A DNA stretch of 64,000 bases from Candidatus Daviesbacteria bacterium RIFCSPLOWO2_01_FULL_39_23 (GCA_001776935.1 MFDN01000014.1:65464-129463), one strand, 5' to 3'; positions 9,210 to 17,789 are shown, counted from the first letter of the stretch. A program made the numbers and translations. Notes: generated by a model not told the origin, from the sequence alone.

Positions 9210-9992
9210 ATGCAAAAGACACAGGATAGTATAAGTTACTTCTTTGTTGATGAATCAGGCGATCCAACTTTTTATGATAGACACGGAAATTTAGTTGTAG
9301 GAACAGAAGGTATATCTAAGATACTAATATTGGGATTTATCCATACAAAAGATCCTAAATCCATTCGTCAGGCATTACAAAAGCTTCAGCAAGAAATTAC
9401 CCAGGATAAATACCTGGAAGGTATTCCCTCGCTGCAGAAAACCTTAGTTGCCTTTCACGCCAAAGATGATAGTCCAGAGATTAGAGAAAAAGTATTTAAA
9501 ACTATAGTAGATTTAACTTTTACCGCAGAGCTTTTTGTGGCAAGAAAAATTCAAAATATCTTTAATGCTAGACATCATAGAAATGAAAATGAATTTTACG
9601 ATGATTTAATAAGCAAATTATTTGAGAATAAACTGCATTTAGCAAAACATAATGAAATATTCTTTGCTGTAAGAGGAAATAAAACTCGTCAAATTCCGTT
9701 AGAACAAGCAATACAAAGAGCTATTAGCACATTTGAGAGTAAGTGGAAGAAGAAGATTGATTCAATTGTAAAAGTTAATCCCCATAGCCCTTCTGGGGAA
9801 CCATGCCTTCAAGTTATAGATTATGTTAATTGGGCGGTTCAAAGAGCTTTTATAAAACAAGATATGAGATTTTATAAATTTATAGAAGAGAAAATTAAAT
9901 ATCTGGTTGATATTTATGATAATGATAAATACCCCAAGAATTTTTATACCTCAAGAAACAAATTTGATGTATCAAAAATAAGCCCCCTGTAA
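9210..9992 (+). CDS. DUF3800 family protein (RNase H-like fold)
   Basis: N-terminal YFFVDESGD, FHAKDD, C-terminal LQVIDYVNWAVQR (QxxD) motifs. Confidence 0.85.
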   Translation: MQKTQDSISYFFVDESGDPTFYDRHGNLVVGTEGISKILILGFIHTKDPKSIRQALQKLQQEITQDKYLEGIPSLQKTLVAFHAKDDSPEIREKVFKTIVDLTFTAELFVARKIQNIFNARHHRNENEFYDDLISKLFENKLHLAKHNEIFFAVRGNKTRQIPLEQAIQRAISTFESKWKKKIDSIVKVNPHSPSGEPCLQVIDYVNWAVQRAFIKQDMRFYKFIEEKIKYLVDIYDNDKYPKNFYTSRNKFDVSKISPL

Positions 9993-10056
9993 ACTAGATG
10001 GGTGTAACCCATGCAAGGCATGAAGCCTACTTTTATTTACAGAGAGCTTACTCTAT
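9974..10056 (-). ncRNA. Putative DUF3800-associated structured small RNA, convergent with and overlapping the gene 3' end
   Basis: Minus strand: 15-bp closing stem TAAGCTCTCTGTAAA/TTTACAGGGGGCTTA (two G-U pairs), two inner hairpins, terminal U5; own promoter at 10063-10091. Confidence 0.7.
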
Positions 10057-10062
10057 ATCCTT

Positions 10063-10091
10063 ACTATAATAACCAGAAAAGTGAAAGTCAA
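10063..10091 (-). promoter_or_regulatory. Sigma70-like promoter pointing into the DUF3800 3' end
   Basis: TTGACT-N17-TATAGT on minus strand. Confidence 0.7.
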
Positions 10092-10136
10092 TAACAATAA
10101 AAGGTAAGAAAACTGTAAGAACGATATACTTTTTCT

Positions 10137-10673
10137 ATGAAATTAATATTGATTGATGGAGGGCCAGCTTCAGGGAAAAATACATTAGGAAAATTACTGG
10201 TAGATCAATTTAATAAAAATGGAGAAAAAGCAATTCTTTTAGATCTAGATTCATATGTTGAGGAGTTCAATCCTAAATGGATTTGGGAGAGTAAAGAACA
10301 AGAGGAAAAAGATCATTTAAATGCCAGAGTAAATTTTGTAAAAGATATAAATAAGTATTTACAAGAAGATCTTACTGTCGTTGCTATCGGGGAAAGATTT
10401 CTAACACATTCAGATGTTTCTCGTTACACAGAAAAATTAGGAATAAATTATCCAATATACCTTTTTCATCTAACAGTTCCAAGGGCTTTACGTCAACAAA
10501 GATTAGATCAAAGAGGACCCCATTCGCTTATTAATCTAGATAAGGATCAAAAAGATCGCGACGCTATTAAAGATTGGCCAGGATATGTTTATGAGAATAT
10601 TAATTCTCCAGAAGAAGACGCTAAGAATTTATATGATTTAATCCGGAGTAACAAAGGATTAATAAATCTATGA
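10137..10673 (+). CDS. P-loop nucleotide kinase-like (AAA_33-type) protein
   Basis: N-terminal LILIDGGPASGKNT Walker A, DLD, RxxxR lid motif. Confidence 0.75.
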   Translation: MKLILIDGGPASGKNTLGKLLVDQFNKNGEKAILLDLDSYVEEFNPKWIWESKEQEEKDHLNARVNFVKDINKYLQEDLTVVAIGERFLTHSDVSRYTEKLGINYPIYLFHLTVPRALRQQRLDQRGPHSLINLDKDQKDRDAIKDWPGYVYENINSPEEDAKNLYDLIRSNKGLINL

Positions 10674-10802
10674 AGTATTTCTTGGGTACGAACTTCCCCT
10701 CAGTGGTAGTTAAAATTGAGGCTAAAAATGCTTGGGTCGAAATCTTAATTTCGACACCTCAAAACAATTTTCTAGGTTGAAGATTTATGAAAATTATTTT
10801 TC

Positions 10803-10877
10803 GGGGTGGCTGACGGGTAATGCTCCCGCTTCCTTCCGCTCCACAGGCGGACGTTCTACTTTTGAACTACAGCCACC
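10803..10877 (-). tRNA. tRNA-His (GTG)
   Basis: G-1, acceptor GTGGCTG/CAGCCAC, C73, anticodon arm TCCGC-CTGTGGA-GCGGA; atypical T-loop AGCATTA. Confidence 0.9.
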
Positions 10878-10917
10878 ATAAAGAACCATTTTATCAGATT
10901 CTTGAATTTAAAGCACT

Positions 10918-10940
10918 AAAAAAGCCCCTTGCGGGACTTT
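10918..10940 (-). terminator. Intrinsic terminator (GCAA tetraloop)
   Basis: AAAGTCCC-GCAA-GGGGCTTTTTT on minus strand. Confidence 0.75.
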
Positions 10941-11034
10941 CTTAGAGAACTTGTATATCTTGCGATTTACAAGTCTTTTTATAATACTCTATATATTTAA
11001 ATTGGTCAATTAGGACAAAGTAGCTCAGAATATA

Positions 11035-12798
11035 TCAATTAGAAAACGGCAGTAGTTTCCAAAGCTCCTTTGGGTTTAGCAAAACAGAGAATATATCAGG
11101 TTTTAAGCTTCCAAAATTCAGTGTATTCTCACCTGCCGATACTGTCTGGGTAATCTTTGAGGGTTTATAAAAAGGCTTTTCCAAAGAAAATTCAAAAGAA
11201 TAATCCGGCAACAAATACCTTGCCTCAATTGCATCCGACATCCCCCTTCCATCCAGTTTTATATTTTGTATATTACTGCCTGTTGCGCCTTTGATAGTTA
11301 GAATATAGTTTCCGGCAAAATTATTTTTCCACCCCAAAGAGCTTTTAATTTTTAAAATCACCGGCGACTTCACTTCGGTTTCCGATTCCAGAGGTTTTGA
11401 ATCAAATTGCCTGTTTCCTTCAAACAAGTTAAGGGTGGTTTTATAAACATTATTCTGGCGGGCGCTCATCTCAAGCGGCGCCTTTAAGTTCAGTCTGAAA
11501 GTATATTCCTGACCGGGTTCAACTTTTATGTTTTTAGGCAGCTCAAGGTTTGTAATCCCAAAGTTTTGTCCTCCCTCGGTGGCAACCAGCCTGACTTGCT
11601 CCCTGTCGTTCCATATTGACTGGCCTATGTTTTTAAATGTTAAGTCAATCATATAGGCCTCGCCTGCAACAATAGAAGTGAATATTTCCCCCTTTAGAAG
11701 TTCTGCTTTTACTTCCTGTACAGGTCTTCCTGAAGCTTTTGGAAAATCCTGCAAAACCCGGTAGGCAGGGAAATATGGGTCATCAATAGATTGAGTTTCG
11801 CTTTTGGCAAGCTTTGTTTCATGCTTTTTAAAAGAAAACTGGTCAAAAGGAGGTTCCTGATAATTTAGTAAAAACGGTGTGACAGCTACAATTTGCGGAT
11901 TATTCCAGCATTGGGTAAATGCTTTTTGGTAATAGGAGGCAACTTTTTCTACTGAAGGATAAGACTTGTTTGGCTTTAAGCCTTCCGCATGTTTCCAGCC
12001 TGTTTCCGTAATAAAAATCGGCAGTTTCTTTTTCGCCCCAAAAGATTCCAATATTTCCTGTTCCCATTCCCATGTCCAGACAGTTCCTTTACCGTAATCA
12101 TCAGGCGAGCCGGTAAAGTTAGGATTAGGATAGGAATGAGATACCCAGCCGTCCAGCCTGTTTAATATTCCGGGAACTGCCTGCTCCATTTGTTTTAAAA
12201 AGCTTACTTCATCCATGTACAGGGGAGGCTGGTAGGGAGTAGAAGCATCAAGTCCTGCATTGAGTACAAAAAAGTCTCCATTTTTATTTTTTAGCGCTGT
12301 AATAGTCTTATCTAATACTTTTGCGTAAGATGTGGCGTCAACTTTATTTCCCCATTCTGCTGCATGATTTGGTTCATTGTAAATAATAATGTAGCGGTTT
12401 TTAGTTGGCCAATTAAGTTTATCTAAAAAGTCTGCCCAGGCAATTTCTTCGCCTTCGTAAGGCAGCTTCCAGTGGCCGTTCTCAGGCTGGGTTGCCAGTC
12501 TCACCAAAGGAATTAAATGCCTTCGCCGTAAGTCGTTAAAAAATTCCTGCCATTTATTATGATTTCTGTCTTTGCTTTCAACTAAAACCGTTATATATCC
12601 CCAGTCGCCGTTGGTGTTTACAAGATCTGCGGCAGGGGAGGATTCCTGAGGAGTTGCCTGGATAATGTGTATCCCAAAACGATTATTGGGAACAAGCAGG
12701 GGATCAACGATAGCAAAGGTGGTTGAAATGTAAAATGTAAAATGTACAATGTAAAATGTAAAAAACAGGAAAACTAACTTAATTGTAAATTTCCTCAT
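11035..12798 (-). CDS. Secreted clan-A-like glycoside hydrolase with Ig-like (NBR1-type) domain
   Basis: Signal peptide; YNEPN acid/base, HSYP and ITETGW nucleophile motifs; KNIGQSIW...VEPGQEYTF Ig-like segment. Confidence 0.7.
   Translation of the reverse strand: MRKFTIKLVFLFFTFYIVHFTFYISTTFAIVDPLLVPNNRFGIHIIQATPQESSPAADLVNTNGDWGYITVLVESKDRNHNKWQEFFNDLRRRHLIPLVRLATQPENGHWKLPYEGEEIAWADFLDKLNWPTKNRYIIIYNEPNHAAEWGNKVDATSYAKVLDKTITALKNKNGDFFVLNAGLDASTPYQPPLYMDEVSFLKQMEQAVPGILNRLDGWVSHSYPNPNFTGSPDDYGKGTVWTWEWEQEILESFGAKKKLPIFITETGWKHAEGLKPNKSYPSVEKVASYYQKAFTQCWNNPQIVAVTPFLLNYQEPPFDQFSFKKHETKLAKSETQSIDDPYFPAYRVLQDFPKASGRPVQEVKAELLKGEIFTSIVAGEAYMIDLTFKNIGQSIWNDREQVRLVATEGGQNFGITNLELPKNIKVEPGQEYTFRLNLKAPLEMSARQNNVYKTTLNLFEGNRQFDSKPLESETEVKSPVILKIKSSLGWKNNFAGNYILTIKGATGSNIQNIKLDGRGMSDAIEARYLLPDYSFEFSLEKPFYKPSKITQTVSAGENTLNFGSLKPDIFSVLLNPKELWKLLPFSN
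12726..12760. repeat. Heptamer tandem repeat (AAATGTA)x5 within signal-peptide codons
   Basis: aaatgta aaatgta aaatgta caatgta aaatgta. Confidence 0.85.
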
Positions 12799-12808
12799 AA
12801 ATTACCTC

Positions 12809-12837
12809 TTGACGTTCGGGTTTTCTTTGCCTATATT
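12809..12837 (+). promoter_or_regulatory. Sigma70-like promoter of the dinB operon
   Basis: TTGACG-N17-TATATT, 7 nt before GTG 12845. Confidence 0.6.
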
Positions 12838-12844
12838 AATTAAC

Positions 12845-13093
12845 GTGATACAAATCCTTGAATCTGTTAATGTGTGGGTGTTTTTTAAAGGTAATCTCAT
12901 ACAGCCTTATTCCTTTTTCTGGCATGGCAGGCAAATTAAAATAGATAAGATTAATTTAATCCATACCTCAAAAAACGGGATTTGGGTATTCTACCATTTT
13001 TCCGTAAGTTGCGGAGGAAATTTTTACAGACTCAAATTTGATACGAATAAATTAAGTTGGATGCTGGAAGCAGTGGAGGCAGAAGAGGAATAG
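12845..13093 (+). CDS. Small conserved protein upstream of dinB (probable mutagenesis-cassette accessory)
   Basis: GTG start after -10 box; YHFSV...YRLKFD...W pattern; co-oriented with dinB. Confidence 0.65.
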   Translation: MIQILESVNVWVFFKGNLIQPYSFFWHGRQIKIDKINLIHTSKNGIWVFYHFSVSCGGNFYRLKFDTNKLSWMLEAVEAEEE

Positions 13094-13176
13094 CTATCAG
13101 TCATCAGTCATCAGTCTTCAGCTTTCAGACTAAAATCTGACGACTGACAGCGAAGCGATACTGACAGCTGACGACT
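13091..13176. repeat. Inverted heptamer arrays forming a hairpin
   Basis: (CAGTCAT-like)x5 followed by (CTGACGA/CTGACAG-like)x4. Confidence 0.8.
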
Positions 13177-13179
13177 ACT

Positions 13180-14595
13180 ATGAAAGTTATTTTACATATC
13201 GACTTTAACTCATACTTTGCAACAGTTGAACAGCAGGCAAACCCCAGACTTCGGGGTAAGCCGGTTGGTGTTACAGGAGGAGACCGCCTGAAAAGAACAG
13301 TTTTGGGTGCAGCTTCAGTTGAGGCAAAAAGATTTGGTGTTAAAACAGGCATGCAGATTTGGGAAGCCCGAAAACTTTGTCCGCAAATAATTTTGGTGCC
13401 GGGGGACTCTGATAAGTATTTAGAGACTACAAAGCGTTTTTTAGGCATCCTGAAGGACTACACGCCATATCTGGAAGTCTTTTCAATAGACGAATGCTTT
13501 TTGGAATTGTATAAAACTCGGGGTCCTGCCAGCCAGGTTTCCCGTCGTGCATCCTCGCTCGCCTTCGCTCGCTGCGGCTACGCGCCGGGACCCCCTCCTG
13601 GCTGTCACCCCTCATTTTGTGATGCAGAGCAGATTGCTTTATATATTAAACAAAGGATCAAAGCTGAAATAGGCGAGTGGATCACCTGCTCTATTGGTAT
13701 TTCCTACAATAAATTAATGGCCAAGCTGGCCGGCTCTTTACAAAAACCTGATGGTTTGGTGGTTATTGCCAATCAGGAAGAAACCATGAAAGTTTTAGAC
13801 CAAATTGCCTTGGATGAAATTTGCGGCATTGGTCCGCGGATCAAAAAAAGGCTGAATAACCTGGGCATTTTTGATTTTAAGACTTTAAGAAAAGCCCCGC
13901 TTGAGGCTTTGCTGGCCTCCTTTAAATCCTATGGGCAAACTCTTTACAATATGGCGCGGGGCATTGACCATTCCCCCCTGATTCCCTTTTATGAAAAAGG
14001 AGAAGTTAAAAGTATTGGTCACCGCCACACCATTGATCATGATACTAACCAGGAAGCAGAAATCAAACAAATTTTGCTGAAACTGTCTGAAATGGTAGCA
14101 GCAAGGCTTAGGGCTAAAAATTTAGTCGGTAAAACTATCCACCTTTGGTACCGCGAAGCATTTAATTTAGCTTCCCACTCGTCAAGTGGGAATGTATTTT
14201 TTGGAGATGGAATGCAAAATACTATCCACTATACTCATGATGGATTGGAAATTTTTCAGGCAGCCTGGAAAATCTTTCATCTGATTTGGCCTGCCCGCAA
14301 CGCTACCGCTTGTGAGACAGGCGGGCCTGCCCGCAACGCTACCGCTTGCAAGGCGGGCGGGAACAAGAACAAAATCCGGATGGTTGGCCTTTCTGTCTCC
14401 AGCTTAAAACCTGTGCTGCCGCAAAATTTAAGCCTGCTGCCGGAAACTGCAAAACAGGAAAAAATTATTAAAACCCTGGATAAAGTTAATGATAAATTCG
14501 GTGAATTCACCCTGCAAAGGGGGATACTTTTGGATTCTACCGTCATCCGACGTAAACCAAATCCCTTTCTTTCCGAGCGGAGGTTTAAACTTTAA
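13180..14595 (+). CDS. dinB: DNA polymerase IV (Y family) with several in-frame palindromic insertions
   Basis: HIDFNSYFATVE, SVEAKRFGV, SIDE, SIGISYNKLMAKLA, KPDG. Confidence 0.92.
   Translation: MKVILHIDFNSYFATVEQQANPRLRGKPVGVTGGDRLKRTVLGAASVEAKRFGVKTGMQIWEARKLCPQIILVPGDSDKYLETTKRFLGILKDYTPYLEVFSIDECFLELYKTRGPASQVSRRASSLAFARCGYAPGPPPGCHPSFCDAEQIALYIKQRIKAEIGEWITCSIGISYNKLMAKLAGSLQKPDGLVVIANQEETMKVLDQIALDEICGIGPRIKKRLNNLGIFDFKTLRKAPLEALLASFKSYGQTLYNMARGIDHSPLIPFYEKGEVKSIGHRHTIDHDTNQEAEIKQILLKLSEMVAARLRAKNLVGKTIHLWYREAFNLASHSSSGNVFFGDGMQNTIHYTHDGLEIFQAAWKIFHLIWPARNATACETGGPARNATACKAGGNKNKIRMVGLSVSSLKPVLPQNLSLLPETAKQEKIIKTLDKVNDKFGEFTLQRGILLDSTVIRRKPNPFLSERRFKL
14288..14359 (+). repeat. Tandem pair of 36-nt intragenic elements (GGCCTGCCCGCAACGC family)
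   Basis: Units at 14288 and 14324 encode PARNATACETGG/PARNATACKAGG; removal restores IWNKNKIR. Confidence 0.88.
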
Positions 14596-14603
14596 CTTCC
14601 TTC

Positions 14604-14670
14604 CGTCATCCTGAGATTCTTCACTTCACTTCGCCAAGTCTAACCTGGCTTCGCTCCGTTCAGAATGACA
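14604..14670. repeat. CGTC-type REP-like palindrome
   Basis: CGTCATCCTGA ... TCAGAATGACA arms. Confidence 0.7.
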
Positions 14671-14696
14671 ATGAGGAATTATGCTATCATTAAATC

Positions 14697-15659
14697 ATGA
14701 TAAATATTGTGACCGGAGGGGCCGGATTTTTGGGATCTCACCTCTCTGACAAATTAATCGAAAGAGGGGATCAGGTCATTTGTATAGACAATCTTTTAAC
14801 AGGCAATATAGAAAATATTGCCCACCTGCAAAACAGCCCTGATTTTCAATTTGTACAGGCTGATGCTTTGGATGAGTTTCCCCAGGATTTGGATTTTGAC
14901 TGCCTTTACCACCTGGCTTCCCCTGCTTCGCCCAATAAAAACAACCCGAAAAGCTATATGGCCCTGCCTTTTGAAACTATGCAGGTGAATTCCTTCGGAA
15001 CCTGGAATTTATGTAATGAGGCCTTAAACCGTGGAGCCAAATTTTTATTTGCATCTACTTCTGAAATTTACGGAGACCCGCTGGAACACCCGCAAAAAGA
15101 AACCTACAGAGGCAATGTTTCAACAATTGGTCCCAGAGCGGTCTACGATGAAGCAAAAAGGTTTGGTGAGACAATAGTCTCTGCGTTTATACGCTATAAC
15201 AAGCTGGACGGTCGGGCAGTCCGCATTTTTAATACTTACGGGCCGCGGATGTCCCAGGACGGCAGGGTAGTTATTGAATTTGTAATGGCAGCTTTACAAA
15301 ATAAGCCCTTGCCTGTTTTTGGAGATGGTACCCAAACCCGTTCTTTTTGTTACGTATCAGATTTGGTTGACGGAATTATAGCGGCAATGGATAAAGGTGA
15401 AAAAGGGGAAATTTTCAATCTTGGAAATCCCGATGAATTTACGGTGTTGCAGCTTGCTGAAATTGTTAAAAAACTTACCGGCACCACATCTGAAATAGCA
15501 ATTGCGGAAAAATTGCCGGAAGATGAGCCCTTAAGGCGCTGTCCGGATATCTCAAAAGCCAAAGCAGCTTTGGGCTGGGAGCCAAAAGTAGAGCTGGAAG
15601 AAGGGCTAAGCAAGCTTATTGTTCACCTAAAAAACGCACAGTCACCAAAAACCCCATGA
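14697..15659 (+). CDS. NAD-dependent epimerase/dehydratase, UDP-glucuronate decarboxylase-like
   Basis: TGGAGFLGSH, HLASPASP, ASTSEIYGDP, YDEAKR, RIFNTYGPRM. Confidence 0.9.
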   Translation: MINIVTGGAGFLGSHLSDKLIERGDQVICIDNLLTGNIENIAHLQNSPDFQFVQADALDEFPQDLDFDCLYHLASPASPNKNNPKSYMALPFETMQVNSFGTWNLCNEALNRGAKFLFASTSEIYGDPLEHPQKETYRGNVSTIGPRAVYDEAKRFGETIVSAFIRYNKLDGRAVRIFNTYGPRMSQDGRVVIEFVMAALQNKPLPVFGDGTQTRSFCYVSDLVDGIIAAMDKGEKGEIFNLGNPDEFTVLQLAEIVKKLTGTTSEIAIAEKLPEDEPLRRCPDISKAKAALGWEPKVELEEGLSKLIVHLKNAQSPKTP

Positions 15660-15707
15660 ACTCCCCAACTGTATATATTTAGTATATAATAGTCCTTGTA
15701 ATTTTAA

Positions 15708-15780
15708 GCGCCTGTAGCTCAGTGGATAGAGCAGGACGGTTCTAACGTCAAGGCCGGGGGTTCGAATCCCTCCAGGCGTA
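15708..15780 (+). tRNA. tRNA-Arg (TCT)
   Basis: GCGCCTG/CAGGCGT acceptor, TAGCTCAGTGGATAGAGC D-arm, loop GTTCTAA, GGTTCGAATCC T-arm. Confidence 0.92.
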
Positions 15781-16036
15781 CAGAAAAATGGAAATTCCAA
15801 AGGGTGTATCTGTTAGTGAAACTGACGGATCGCTAAAAAGGCGGCAAGACTTTAAAATAGTTTTTGCTACAACCAAAAGATTCTGGCTTGGGTGCTGATT
15901 ATATATATGCAAAAAATTTTCCGGGACGTTATAGCCCTTATCGCCGGCACTGCTCTTGTAATTTCCGGAGGAAAATTAAATTCTGTTCCCGATAAAAACA
16001 GTTGACATCCTTAATCTATTTTGGTAAATTAAAAAA

Positions 16037-16720
16037 GTGAGATTAAAAACTGCCGTCCTCCTTACTTTTTCTGCATTTGTAATCATAACTAGTCCTGTTT
16101 TTGCAGTTAATCCTTCTGCTGAAAAAACCATAGACATTAAAAAAAGGCTGGATGACCGGCTGGAAAAACTTGATAAAAGGGTTGCTTCCAAAGAAGCAAT
16201 AGCAGCTGAAAAGATAGAAAATATAAAAGAAAGAATTGCCTCAAAAGAGGCGATTTTGAGGCTGAAGCTGGAAAAGTTTAAAAATCAGGAAAAAGCGCAG
16301 ATTGCTCAGAGGGTGAATGCCAATTTAAATATAATAAATCAAAACCAGATAGAGAAAATGCTGATACACCTTTCAACTATGTCAACAATCCTTGACCGAC
16401 TCGAAGCAAGAGTGACAGGAAACACTCCTGATATAAAAGACCCTGCAAAGGCAAAAGAAGCAATTGCTGCTGCGCGGGAAGCTATTTCTTCTGCGTCTGC
16501 GGCAGTAAAGGATCAAAAGGAGAACGATTACACTATACAAATCTCATCAGAATCTAAAATAAAGGCAGATGCAAAAAAACAAAGAGATCAACTGCACAAA
16601 GACTTAACTGCTATAAGAAAAAGAGTAATTGATGCAAAGCAAGCTGTTTCAAATGCAATAAGGGTTGCAAAATCAGGCTCTGAATCTTCAAAGGAAGGAA
16701 CCCCGAGTGGACAACAATAA
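16037..16720 (+). CDS. Secreted coiled-coil protein
   Basis: Signal peptide (SPVFA) followed by long Ala/Lys-rich helices. Confidence 0.75.
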   Translation: MRLKTAVLLTFSAFVIITSPVFAVNPSAEKTIDIKKRLDDRLEKLDKRVASKEAIAAEKIENIKERIASKEAILRLKLEKFKNQEKAQIAQRVNANLNIINQNQIEKMLIHLSTMSTILDRLEARVTGNTPDIKDPAKAKEAIAAAREAISSASAAVKDQKENDYTIQISSESKIKADAKKQRDQLHKDLTAIRKRVIDAKQAVSNAIRVAKSGSESSKEGTPSGQQ

Positions 16721-17051
16721 CAAGCAGCCGGCGAATATGCCGCAGACCACCCAGCCTCAGGATCCTCCAACCACTGAGCCCGTAGCTCCTCAGCCGACAA
16801 CTGCTCCCTCAGGAGATTCCAATAAACTGATTATTTTCCTGCTTGCAGGAATAGTGTTTATCGCAATTTTAGTCGGAGGCATTTATTTCTTCTTAAGCAA
16901 TCAAAAAACACAGCCCGCTCAAACCCCTATTTCTCAAAAACCCACAACTCTCCCTCAGGAGAATCTTGAGCAGGAATTAAGTAATATTGTATTAGACCCG
17001 CAGCCTGATGCAGATCTTTCAACTGTAGATGGCGATCTTAACCAGCTTTAA
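16707..17051 (+). CDS. Single-pass membrane protein, Pro/Gln-rich
   Basis: GTG 16707 after AAGGAAGG; one TM helix; overlaps upstream gene end. Confidence 0.7.
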   Translation: MDNNNKQPANMPQTTQPQDPPTTEPVAPQPTTAPSGDSNKLIIFLLAGIVFIAILVGGIYFFLSNQKTQPAQTPISQKPTTLPQENLEQELSNIVLDPQPDADLSTVDGDLNQL

Positions 17052-17431
17052 GCCGCTTGACCTGTATATAATTCAGCCTTGACTTCCTGCGGGCTTTGGT
17101 AAGTTTTATCGGGCAATCTATCGCTCACCCATTTTTTTTCTTCCTCAGGCACTTCCGTCATTTCGTTGCACGCCGCCAGAATATCACCCTTTGAAGCAGG
17201 ATACATCACATGCTCATCAATATGTTTTACTGCCTCTTCTGCTTTTTTCCCCATATCAGAAACAGCGCCGGAGACTCCGCCTTTTACACCCTCCAATGTC
17301 TCGTCTAAAGTTCCCTCAACTCCTGATACTGTATCACCGACTTTTCCCGCCACTCCTGAGACCACATCGCCCAGAGCTCCTCCCAAGCCGGAAACTGCCT
17401 CGCCAATTTTTGGCTTTCCTTTATTTATCAT
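17048..17431 (-). CDS. DUF2795-like protein with Gly-rich repeat N-terminus
   Basis: AAGGAGGTGA SD; C-terminal YPASKGDILAAC...LPDKTYQSPQEV. Confidence 0.7.
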   Translation of the reverse strand: MINKGKPKIGEAVSGLGGALGDVVSGVAGKVGDTVSGVEGTLDETLEGVKGGVSGAVSDMGKKAEEAVKHIDEHVMYPASKGDILAACNEMTEVPEEEKKWVSDRLPDKTYQSPQEVKAELYTGQAA

Positions 17432-17603
17432 TTATCTCACCTCCTTAATCATGTTAATTTTAAACACCAATATATATATTCCCTTATGAATTAAGTAAGT
17501 ATTCGGCAAGAAAATGAAAACACTTGCTTGTACAGCTCTTACTATAAATTTACTGAAAAATTACTTTATGTCCATATAATTTGAATGATGGGAGGTGATA
17601 AAA

Positions 17604-17789
17604 ATGGTATCCAGAAGAAAAAGTGCGGCCTCAAAAAGCAACATCAAAAAAGCTCAGGCTGTTTGGGAAATGATGTCGCCGGAACACAGAGTCACGATGA
17701 GAAGGAAAAGTGAGCCTGTTTTGAAAAAAATGGGTCGTAAGGCAAAAGAGGCTGTTGAAGGCATAAAAGAAAAAATGCCGGGGGATTAG
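17604..17789 (+). CDS. Small basic protein
   Basis: GGAGGTGA SD before ATG 17604; SNIKKAQAVW motif. Confidence 0.6.
   Translation: MVSRRKSAASKSNIKKAQAVWEMMSPEHRVTMRRKSEPVLKKMGRKAKEAVEGIKEKMPGD

Noticed and set aside
12814-12828. LexA box (GTTC-N7-GTTC type) in the dinB promoter
   Set aside because: The second half reads CTTT and the lineage motif is not known to me; unsupported
14288-14361. 36-nt repeats as a CRISPR array
   Set aside because: Two abutting units without spacers, inside a CDS, no cas genes
15788-16004. Short ORFs after tRNA-Arg
   Set aside because: 36-aa ORF and a hydrophobic scrap with no motif; cannot be supported
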